24,000 nt of DNA, taken from positions 807,745 to 831,744 of the forward strand of contig CAWCTX010000005.1 in the NCBI GenBank assembly GCA_963798505.1, given 5' to 3'. Positions 8,068-16,916 of this stretch are shown here, one piece after another. This DNA comes from an uncultured Actinomycetota bacterium. Its GTDB lineage: Bacteria > Actinomycetota > Actinomycetes > Jiangellales > Jiangellaceae. The notes under the pieces were generated by a model. That model worked only from the letters and a program-made list of their open reading frames with translations. It did no database searches and was not told the origin of the DNA. Position numbers and translations under genes: made by a program. The first letter of the stretch is position 1, and each line of letters opens with the position of its first letter.

Positions 8068-8471
8068 CCATCCACACCAGCCTTCCTTCCCCACGACGAC
8101 CCGGAGGCCTCCCTGGCCTTCTATCGCGACATCCTCGGCTTCGAGGTCCGCAGCGACGTCGGGTACGGCGGGATGCGCTGGATCACGGTCGGCCCCGCCG
8201 ACCAGCCCGACACGTCCATCGTCCTGCTCCGCCGGCCCGCCGGGTCCCGGCGTCACCGACGACGAGCGCCGCACGATCACCGAGATGATGGCCAAGGGCA
8301 CCTACGGCTGCGATCCTCCTGGCCACCAAGGACGTCGACAGCACCTTCGAGCGGCTGCAGGCCAGCGACGCCGAGGTCGTCCAGGAGCCGACCGACCAGC
8401 CGTACGGCGTACGTGATTGCGCCTTCCGCGACCCCGCGGGGAACACGGTCCGCATCCAGGAGCTGCGCTGA
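8058..8471 (+). pseudogene. VOC family protein (glyoxalase/bleomycin-resistance/dioxygenase fold), three +1 frame breaks
   Basis: The reconstruction is MDITIHTS/FLPHDDPEASLAFYRDILGFEVRSDVGYGGMRWITVGPADQPDTSIVLL/..[75 protein letters not shown]. The breaks are at C8082, about 8230-8248, and T8309. The frame order is 0, 1, 2, 0. The span is 414 nt. Confidence 0.8.
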
Positions 8472-8630
8472 GGCGTCCGACCATCTACGTCGGCTCGAGG
8501 CCGCCAGCCAGCACATCGGGCTGGTGTGCCGATGGGACTCGATAGGCGCATGGAGGTGCTTCGCAATGGCTGAGAGTAAGCCCGCAAAGAAGGGCACGCA
8601 GCAGTCCGCACATAGGGGGTCACCATAGGC

Positions 8631-11019
<2,389 letters not shown>

Positions 11020-11092
11020 AGGCCGATTCCTCATCCGTCCCGGCTACAGGTCCGAATGGGAGGTGACCGGAACACAGAAGAGGAGAGGTCAA

Positions 11093-11445
11093 ATGAAGAG
11101 AATGAGGACGAGGATCCTCGGCGGCGCGAGCCTCGCTGGTTTCGCCGCTGCGGTCACGCTCGCGCTCGCTCCTGCAGCCCACGCCGACCCGCAGATGGCG
11201 GACGGGTCCGTTCGCTTCGTTCGGGACTCGATCCAGTCGGGTGTCTACCTCGCCATGCCGACCAGGGCGGGGGGTGAGGTGTTCTCAGACGCGTCCGCGC
11301 TCGCGCGCAGCCGCACACCGGTGGCGGGAATTTTGTGTTCGGCGATGGGTCCGTGCGGTTCCTCACCACGTCGTCGATCGCTGCGAGCACATGGCGGTCC
11401 GCTCTGACACCGAGCAACGGTGACGTGCTCGGCAACGATTGGTAG
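11093..11445 (+). pseudogene. Small secreted protein with two tandem H-X9-DG/DUF1559-C-terminal-like modules, one frame break between 11278 and 11313
   Basis: A GAGGAGAGG SD lies 5 nt before ATG 11093. The signal peptide is MKRMRTRILGGASLAGFAAAVTLALAPAAHA. Module A is ADGSVRFVRDSIQSGVYLAMPTRAGGEVFSD. Module B is in the -1 frame: HTGGGNFVFGDGSVRFLTTSSIAASTWRSALTPSNGDVLGNDW*, with stop TAG 11443-11445. The region has lower GC and more rare codons (AGA, AGG, ATT, TTG) than its neighbours. Confidence 0.6.
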
Positions 11446-11472
11446 CGGGAGTCCCGCCATTGGTTAGCTTGT

Positions 11473-11529
11473 CGATCAAGGAAGAATCCGGCATCGAGGA
11501 GACCGGGAAGCCGAACTCTTCCTTGATCG
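11473..11529. repeat. Long imperfect hairpin between convergent genes (13-bp perfect stem CGATCAAGGAAGA / TCTTCCTTGATCG)
   Basis: The arms are at 11473-11485 and 11517-11529, with four extra pairs (CGGC/GCCG) inside. No U-tract follows on either strand, so it is not a canonical intrinsic terminator. Confidence 0.4.
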
Positions 11530-11625
11530 CCGCGGAAAACGACCTGCGCCGATAAGTCACATTATGTTAAGTACGGGTCTTCGGACTGTGAGCCGGGCCC
11601 TCCCCTGATCGGCGCGCGGGCAGGC

Positions 11626-12069
11626 TCAGTGCCAGTCGCTGATCTGCACGTCCCGTGGCGCCGGCGCGCCCTCGCCGGTCTCCACCAGGGACTTCAGGCT
11701 CATCAGGAACGAGCCCCACTTGGTGCTGCAGTGGTGCATGAACTCGACCGGCTCCTTCCAGCCCTGGTGCTTGAACAGCACGATCGTGTAGTCGCCGTTC
11801 TGGCGGAGGTCCCAGTCGACCGTCGTCCCGATCCATTCCTCGGGGCCGTCGACCACCCGCCAGGTCACCCGCTCGGACGGCCGCAGCTCGAGGACCTCCA
11901 TGTCGAAGCCACCGACCGGGAACCGGAACTCGAGGACGCCGCCGACGTCGCCACTCCCCTTCGTGTCGTCGGTCCACCAGCCGGCGAGGCCCTCGACGGT
12001 CGTCAGCGCGTCGTACACCTTCTCCGGTGTCGGGGTCTTGACCCCGACCCTGTGCAGAATGTCCACCAT
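11626..12069 (-). CDS. SRPBCC-fold protein (AHSA1/Aha1-like domain)
   Basis: A start at ATG 12069 is preceded by AAGGAGAG 5 nt upstream. The protein reads MVDILHRVGVKTPTPEKVYDALTTVEGLAGWWTDDTKGSGDVGGVLEFRF...WRVVDGPEEWIGTTVDWDL...STKWGSFLMSLKSLVETGEG. The upstream part of ORF 11626..12168 overlaps the ArsR gene end and is not needed. Confidence 0.8.
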   Translation of the reverse strand: MVDILHRVGVKTPTPEKVYDALTTVEGLAGWWTDDTKGSGDVGGVLEFRFPVGGFDMEVLELRPSERVTWRVVDGPEEWIGTTVDWDLRQNGDYTIVLFKHQGWKEPVEFMHHCSTKWGSFLMSLKSLVETGEGAPAPRDVQISDWH

Positions 12070-12101
12070 CTCGACTCTCCTTGATCTCGTCAGTCCTGTT
12101 G

Positions 12102-12452
12102 TCAGTTCCGTTGGGTGCGCTGGATCGCCTCGGCGATCCGCTTGATCCGCTGCAGCCGGGCGTCCCACGCCGACCCGACCGACGACAGCTGGGCCACCGC
12201 GCGGGCGAGCTGGGCGTCGTCCACCGAGTACCGCTTCTCCCGGCCGGCCGGCGTCGCCCGGACCAGGCCGACCCGGTCGAGGACGCCGAGGTGCTTGGCC
12301 ACCGCCTGACGGGTGACCGGCAGCTGCCGGCCCAGCGTGGTCGCCGTGCCGTCGCCGTCGATGAGCAGCAGGTCGAGCATTCGGCGCCGGGTCGGGTCGC
12401 CGATCGCGGACCAGAGGTCGTCGTCGACCTTCTCGGCCACCGCGGTGCTCAT
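12102..12452 (-). CDS. ArsR/SmtB family transcriptional regulator
   Basis: Intact 116-aa ORF: LWSAIGDPTRRRMLDLLLIDGDGTATTLGRQLPVTRQAVAKHLGVLDRVGLVRATPAGREKRY (winged HTH). Its start overlaps the upstream gene's stop as ATGA. Confidence 0.85.
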   Translation of the reverse strand: MSTAVAEKVDDDLWSAIGDPTRRRMLDLLLIDGDGTATTLGRQLPVTRQAVAKHLGVLDRVGLVRATPAGREKRYSVDDAQLARAVAQLSSVGSAWDARLQRIKRIAEAIQRTQRN

Positions 12453-12910
12453 GGCCGCACCTCCAGCGTCGCGACGTACGGTGCCAATCGCGGCAGATAG
12501 AAGTCCCAGCCGGTGACGTGCTCCTGGTACTGCTGCTCGAGGATGGCGGCCTCCCAGCCCATCTCGCGGAAGCCGGTCTCGGTCATCTTGAGCAGCGTCC
12601 CGCCGCCCGACGGGGTCAGGTCGAAGGTGACCAGCAGCGAGTTGCCCTCAGCCGCGACCTCGCCGGCCGGGTGCGTCCAGCGGAACGAGAACGTCCGCGG
12701 CGGTCGCGCGTCGACGACGGTGAATGCCACCACTGCCCCGCCGGCGTCGCGGTCACCGAAGACGATCTCCCCCGCCGACCCGGGCGTCGGCTGGTATCGG
12801 GCGTCGTCCGGCCACCACTGTTTGAGATGGTCTGGACTGCTCACCACCTCGAACACGACCTCGGGCGACGCCTCGACGTAGATCTCGCGCTCGATGGTTC
12901 CGAGGTCCAT
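12449..12910 (-). CDS. SRPBCC-fold protein (AHSA1/Aha1-like domain)
   Basis: A start at ATG 12910 has an AGGAGAG SD 4 nt upstream. The protein reads MDLGTIEREIYVEASPEVVFEVVSSPDHLKQWWPDDARY...FSFRWTHP...LVTFDLTPSGGGTLLKMTETGF. It is the first gene of a three-gene minus-strand operon. Confidence 0.8.
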   Translation of the reverse strand: MDLGTIEREIYVEASPEVVFEVVSSPDHLKQWWPDDARYQPTPGSAGEIVFGDRDAGGAVVAFTVVDARPPRTFSFRWTHPAGEVAAEGNSLLVTFDLTPSGGGTLLKMTETGFREMGWEAAILEQQYQEHVTGWDFYLPRLAPYVATLEVRP

Positions 12911-12920
12911 GTCACTCTCC

Positions 12921-12982
12921 TGCAACGTTTGGTTGCGCATCAGGTTACCCGGAGTGCCCGCATCGCGCAACCATCAGTTGCA
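12921..12982. promoter_or_regulatory. Two near-identical 17-bp palindromic sites (TGCAAC-N5-GTTGCG at 12921-12937; CGCAAC-N5-GTTGCA at 12966-12982); candidate ArsR operators
   Basis: Both sites were read directly. They lie between the SRPBCC-ArsR-SRPBCC operon start (12910, minus) and the MMPL start (13104, plus). Site 1 abuts the SD. The site centres are 45 bp apart. Confidence 0.45.
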
Positions 12983-13103
12983 CCTCAGGGCGGCGCACAG
13001 AAAAACTCGATCCCCCGGTCACGATGAGAAACTCAGTTTCGACGTGTCAGTAGAGAGGTCTACGGTCACCTTCAACGAGCGGTTACGGGTGGGGGCACGT
13101 CAA

Positions 13104-15227
13104 ATGGGTGCGTTGTTGGCCAAGGTCGGCGCGTTCGTGTGCGGCCGGCGTACGAAGTGGATCGTCCTGGCGTTCTGGGTGCTGGTCCTGGCGGTCGCCG
13201 GGCCACTGTCGAGCAAGCTCACCGGCGCGCAGGAAAACGATGCGGCCGCCTGGCTGCCCGGCACCGCCGAGTCGACCAAGGTGTTCGAGACCCAGCTCGA
13301 GCAGTTCGGGTCCGGCGAGACGCTGCCCGCCGTTGTCGTCTACGAGCGCACCGGCGGCGTCACCGAAGCCGACTTCGCCAAGGTGAGCGACGACGCTGCA
13401 CGCATCGCCGACGTCAGTCTCGTCGATGGCGAGGTCATCGGTCCCGTGCCGTCCGACGATGGTGAGGCACTGCAGGTCATCGCCCAGCTCGATGTGAGCG
13501 ACAACGGGTGGATGGACCTCCCCGGCGCCCGTGAGGACATCGCTGCCATCACTGAGTCCGACGCCGACGGCCTCAGGTCGTACGTGACCGGCCCGGCCGG
13601 GGTCAGCGCCGATTTCGCGGACGCCTTCGAGGGCATCGACAGCTCGCTGCTCTATGCCGCCTTGGGCGTCGTGATCGTGATCCTGCTGCTGTCCTACCGC
13701 AGCCCGACACTCTGGTTGCTGCCGGTCATCGCGGCAGTCACGGCGCTCACTGTGGCGCAGGCGGTTGTCTACCTCCTCGCCGACAACGCCGGCCTCACTG
13801 TCAACGCGCAGACCGCGGGCATCCTCCTCGTCCTCGTCTTCGGTGCCAGCACCGACTATGCGCTGCTTCTCGTCGCTCGCTACCGGGAGGAGCTGCGCCG
13901 GCACGTCGACAGGCACGAGGCCATGGCGTTCGCCCTGCACCGAGCCGGGCCGGCGATTGTCGCCAGTGCCGCGACCGTCGCGGTCGGCATGCTGTGCCTG
14001 GTTGCGGCCGAGATGAACTCCACGCGTGCCATGGGGCCGGTGCTGGCGATCGGCATCGTCATCGGGATGGCCGCGATGCTCACGTTGCTGCCGGCGTTGC
14101 TCGTCATCGTCGGCCGGTGGGTCTTCTGGCCGGTGAAGCCGACCTTCGGCTCGGCCGAGCCGTCCGACACCGGCTTCTGGGCGCGCATCGGTCGGTCTAT
14201 TGCCCGCCGTCCGCGATTCGTCTGGCTCGTCACCTCCGCCGCGCTCGGGGCCATGGCGCTTGGCCTGCTGGGCCTCGACACCGGCGTCATCGCCAACAAG
14301 GACGCGTTCATCGACAAGCCAGAGTCCATTGTCGGCGAGGAGGTGCTGGCCGAGCACTACCCCGCCGGCACCGGCAACCCTGTCGTGGTCGTCGCCAACG
14401 CCGACCAGGCCGACGAAGTACGCGCGGCATTGGCCGAAACGCCTGGCATCTCCGAAGTGAGCGAGCCCATTCCATCGCAGGGCGGCCTCGTCATCATGGA
14501 AGGCACGCTCGAGGCCGCGGCCGACAGCTCCGAGGCGCACGACACCGTCGATCGCGTACGGGAGTCCGTCCACGCGGTGCCCGATGCCGACGCGCTGGCC
14601 GGCGGCAACTCCGCGATCGCCCTCGACACGTTCCGCGCCTCGGAGCGGGACAGCGCGGTCATCATGCCGCTGATCCTGGTTGCGGTGTTTTTCATTCTCG
14701 CGCTGCTGCTGCGCGCGATCGTGGCGCCGCTCATCCTCATCGCGACGGTGGTGCTGTCATTCGCCGCGGCGCTCGGCGCGAGTGCGCTCATCTTCGAGCA
14801 CGTCTTCGGATTCGCCGGTGTCGACACCGCGTTCCCGCTGTTCGTCTTCGTGTTCCTCGTCGCGCTGGGCATCGACTACAACATCTTCTTGATGACGCGC
14901 GTGCACGAGGAGGCGCAGCACCAGGGCACTCGGCGCGGGGCGCTCACCGGACTCGCTGCCACCGGCGGTGTCATCACGTCCGCCGGGCTCGTGCTAGCCG
15001 GCACGTTCGCTGTGCTCGCAACGCTCCCCGTGGTCGCGTTTGCCGAGATTGGTTTCACAGTGGCGTTCGGCGTCCTGCTCGACACGCTCATCGTGCGGTC
15101 GATCCTTGTGACGGCTCTCAACCTCGACGTCGGGCAGCGGATGTGGTGGCCGAGTGCGCTCAGTCGCCAGCCGGACATCGACCTCGACGAGGTGCTCGAG
15201 GAAGAGACGGTCCCCGTCAATAGGTGA
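13104..15227 (+). CDS. MMPL family (RND superfamily) membrane transporter, intact
   Basis: From ATG 13104 (in-frame GTG alternative at 13089) the protein reads MGALLAKVGAFVCGRRTKWIVLAFWVLVLAVAGPLSSKLTGAQENDAAAWLP...GASTDYALLLVARYREELRRH...GIDYNIFLMTRVHEE. I estimate about 60% identity by eye to the 3653-5822 paralogue over the aligned core. Confidence 0.9.
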   Translation: MGALLAKVGAFVCGRRTKWIVLAFWVLVLAVAGPLSSKLTGAQENDAAAWLPGTAESTKVFETQLEQFGSGETLPAVVVYERTGGVTEADFAKVSDDAARIADVSLVDGEVIGPVPSDDGEALQVIAQLDVSDNGWMDLPGAREDIAAITESDADGLRSYVTGPAGVSADFADAFEGIDSSLLYAALGVVIVILLLSYRSPTLWLLPVIAAVTALTVAQAVVYLLADNAGLTVNAQTAGILLVLVFGASTDYALLLVARYREELRRHVDRHEAMAFALHRAGPAIVASAATVAVGMLCLVAAEMNSTRAMGPVLAIGIVIGMAAMLTLLPALLVIVGRWVFWPVKPTFGSAEPSDTGFWARIGRSIARRPRFVWLVTSAALGAMALGLLGLDTGVIANKDAFIDKPESIVGEEVLAEHYPAGTGNPVVVVANADQADEVRAALAETPGISEVSEPIPSQGGLVIMEGTLEAAADSSEAHDTVDRVRESVHAVPDADALAGGNSAIALDTFRASERDSAVIMPLILVAVFFILALLLRAIVAPLILIATVVLSFAAALGASALIFEHVFGFAGVDTAFPLFVFVFLVALGIDYNIFLMTRVHEEAQHQGTRRGALTGLAATGGVITSAGLVLAGTFAVLATLPVVAFAEIGFTVAFGVLLDTLIVRSILVTALNLDVGQRMWWPSALSRQPDIDLDEVLEEETVPVNR

Positions 15228-15279
15228 ATATCGTTGCAATCAATGAAAGATCACGACTCGGTAAACTAGTAATCACCTA

Positions 15280-15308
15280 TTGCGCTCTCGCCCTATCGAT
15301 TCTAGGGT
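15280..15308 (+). promoter_or_regulatory. Candidate sigma-A-type promoter TTGCGC-N17-TAGGGT for the riboswitch/rpf transcript
   Basis: The -35 is at 15280-15285 and the -10 (TAnnnT pattern) at 15303-15308. It lies in a locally AT-richer stretch just upstream of the riboswitch 5' end. This is a sequence pattern only. Confidence 0.35.
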
Positions 15309-15310
15309 GC

Positions 15311-15523
15311 GGAAATCGCGTGAAGTGCGCGTGGTCGGAGCCGGCCGCCGAGTCCTGCCCACCGGGTGCCGACCCACATCGGCAACCACGCACGGGCAGG
15401 AGCGGGGGACCCACCGCGCAGGCATTTGAAGCGCAGGGGTGAAGCCTTCCCCACTTCCCCAAAGTGCTGGCCGAAGGCCGGGCAACCTCTCAGCCCGAAC
15501 CCGTCAGCTGACTCCGCAGGCGG
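15311..15523 (+). promoter_or_regulatory. ydaO/yuaA-type cyclic-di-AMP riboswitch
   Basis: The hallmark conserved blocks appear in order: AAUCGCG...GGAGCGGGGGACCCAC...CAGGGGUGAAGCC...GGCCGAAGGCCGGG...AGCCCGAACCCGUCAGCUGACUCCGCAGGCG. The element lies immediately upstream of an rpf gene, the known actinobacterial context for this riboswitch class. The boundaries are approximate. Confidence 0.8.
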
Positions 15524-15604
15524 CAGGAGAGGCTCGTTCATGCCACGTACCACCATGCCTCCGCCCCGCCATGCCCGACGGAGCGGCGAGCCGACGCACC
15601 GTCT

Positions 15605-16321
15605 TTGGTGTGGAGGCGAGCGCGACCAACAGCACGGCGGCCGCGGGCGCATCGGACCATCCGCATCGGACGGCTCGCAGTGGTCGCAGGCGTCACCACG
15701 GCGCTTCCTGCGGTCGGCCTGGCGGCAACAGCCCACGCCCAGGACGGAGGGACCTGGGACCAACTCGCCCAGTGCGAGAGCGGTGGAAACTGGTCGGCAA
15801 ACACCGGCAACGGATATCAGGGCGGGCTTCAGTTCGCGCCCGGCACCTGGCGTGCCTACGGCGGCACCGGCAGCGCCGCCGGCGCCAGCCGCGAGGAGCA
15901 GATCGCGGTCGCCCAGCGCGTGCAGGCCGGGCAAGGCTGGGGCGCCTGGCCCGCGTGCTCCCGCAAGCTCGGCCTACGTGGCGGCGGTGGCGGCGGCTCG
16001 TCCGCGCAGCCGGCCCAGTCGCAGCAATCCAGCCAGCCGAGCCGGGCCACCCGGTCGTCCCGCAGCAGCGCCGCGCAAACCCAACAGGCCCGACCGGTCC
16101 GCCGTGCGGCTGCGGCACCCACCGTGGTCGTGACCCGGGCCCCGTCGACCGGGCCCCTGGCCGGAGCGGACTACACCGTGCAGCCCGGCGACTCGCTGAG
16201 CAGCATTGCCCGACAGTTCGGCATCCCGGGTGGCTGGCAGGAGATCTACGCCCGCAACCAGGCGCTGCTGGCCGGTAACCCCGACCTGGTCTTCCCCGGA
16301 GAGCAACTCGACCTGCGATAG
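15605..16321 (+). CDS. rpf: Resuscitation-promoting factor (Rpf transglycosylase-like domain) with C-terminal LysM domain
   Basis: The signal-like N-terminus is RIGRLAVVAGVTTALPAVGLAATAHA. The Rpf core is WDQLAQCESGGNWSANTGNGYQGGLQFAPGTWRAYGG...EEQIAVAQRVQAGQGWGAWPACSRKLGL. A low-complexity linker follows, then LysM (YTVQPGDSLSSIARQFGIPGGWQEIYARNQALLAGNPDLVFPGEQLDL). In this frame the first start is TTG 15605 or GTG 15608. The SD-preceded ATG at 15540 is in a different frame, so there may be another frame break. Confidence 0.85.
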   Translation: MVWRRARPTARRPRAHRTIRIGRLAVVAGVTTALPAVGLAATAHAQDGGTWDQLAQCESGGNWSANTGNGYQGGLQFAPGTWRAYGGTGSAAGASREEQIAVAQRVQAGQGWGAWPACSRKLGLRGGGGGGSSAQPAQSQQSSQPSRATRSSRSSAAQTQQARPVRRAAAAPTVVVTRAPSTGPLAGADYTVQPGDSLSSIARQFGIPGGWQEIYARNQALLAGNPDLVFPGEQLDLR

Positions 16322-16345
16322 CGGAAGGAGGCGGCCGCTGCAGTC

Positions 16346-16390
16346 GATCAGGGCCCCGGTACCCCCGGCCGGGGCCTTGATCATCTTTTG
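16346..16390 (+). terminator. Intrinsic terminator after rpf
   Basis: The stem GATCAGGGCCCCGG (16346-16359) pairs with CCGGGGCCTTGATC (16369-16382) with one G-U pair. It is followed by ATCTTTTG. Confidence 0.7.
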
Positions 16391-16451
16391 CATGGGTCGC
16401 GTGAGCTGATCGTCGCCGAGACCTGGGTGCGGCTCGTACCATGGGCACGCC

Positions 16452-16916
16452 ATGAACGACTCCCCCAACGCCGTGCGCCGGCTGAGCCCCGCCGGCCGCA
16501 CCGTACGGCTCGGCGCGGTCGTGGCCTTCCTCGGCGCCCTGGCCTACGGCGCCTACGTCGACACCGATGACATGTTCCCGTTCGGCCCGATGGCCCAGTA
16601 CGCCACGAGCCCCGACCTCGACGCCTCGATCAACTCGGCGTACGTGCTCGCGGACACCACCGACGGCACCCGGGTCCGCGTCCCGCTCAACGCCACCGGC
16701 ACCGGCATCGGCCGGGCCGAGGTCGAGGGCCAGCTCGGCCGGATCATCACTGAGCCCAGGCTCCTCCAGGTGATCGCGGACGCGTTCGCCGAGCTGCATC
16801 CGGCCCGGCCGCAGTACGTACACCTCTATCTCATGCGGGACACGATCGACCTGACCGACGGCAAGGCCACCGGGCCACGCATCACCCGCCAGCTCGCCGA
16901 CTGGGAGGTGCAGTGA
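16452..16916 (+). CDS. Hypothetical membrane-anchored protein (one N-terminal TM segment), translationally coupled to the downstream HTTM-like gene
   Basis: Intact 154-aa ORF with high GC3. It reads MNDSPNAVRRLSPAGRTVRLGAVVAFLGALAYGAYVDTDDMFPFGPMAQY... Its stop overlaps the next start (GTGA at 16913-16916). I do not recognise a family with confidence. Confidence 0.6.
   Translation: MNDSPNAVRRLSPAGRTVRLGAVVAFLGALAYGAYVDTDDMFPFGPMAQYATSPDLDASINSAYVLADTTDGTRVRVPLNATGTGIGRAEVEGQLGRIITEPRLLQVIADAFAELHPARPQYVHLYLMRDTIDLTDGKATGPRITRQLADWEVQ

Noticed and set aside
8058-8471. Programmed ribosomal frameshifting to explain multi-frame genes (VOC, Qor, GDPD)
   Set aside because: There are no slippery heptamers or downstream pseudoknot-like structures at the break points. 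The breaks occur in unrelated housekeeping-type genes at about one per kb, and several sit in homopolymers. Random indels are the more economical explanation.
8472-8630. Searched the UvrA2 upstream region for an actinobacterial SOS box (TCGAAC-N4-GTTCGA) or a RecA-independent promoter motif
   Set aside because: I could not find a convincing match by eye. Only short 5-bp inverted repeats are present, so no regulatory call was made.
11363-11560. 65-aa minus-strand ORF in the low-GC spacer
   Set aside because: It overlaps the 3' end of the small secreted gene and the hairpin. It has no SD, poor codon bias and no recognisable motif.
15302-16823. ORFs 15302..15934 (-), 15366..16133 (+), 15439..16278 (+) and 15693..16823 (-) around the riboswitch and rpf
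   Set aside because: They run through the riboswitch or are off-frame or antisense to the Rpf/LysM reading. Their low-complexity Arg/Pro/Gly content indicates non-coding frames.
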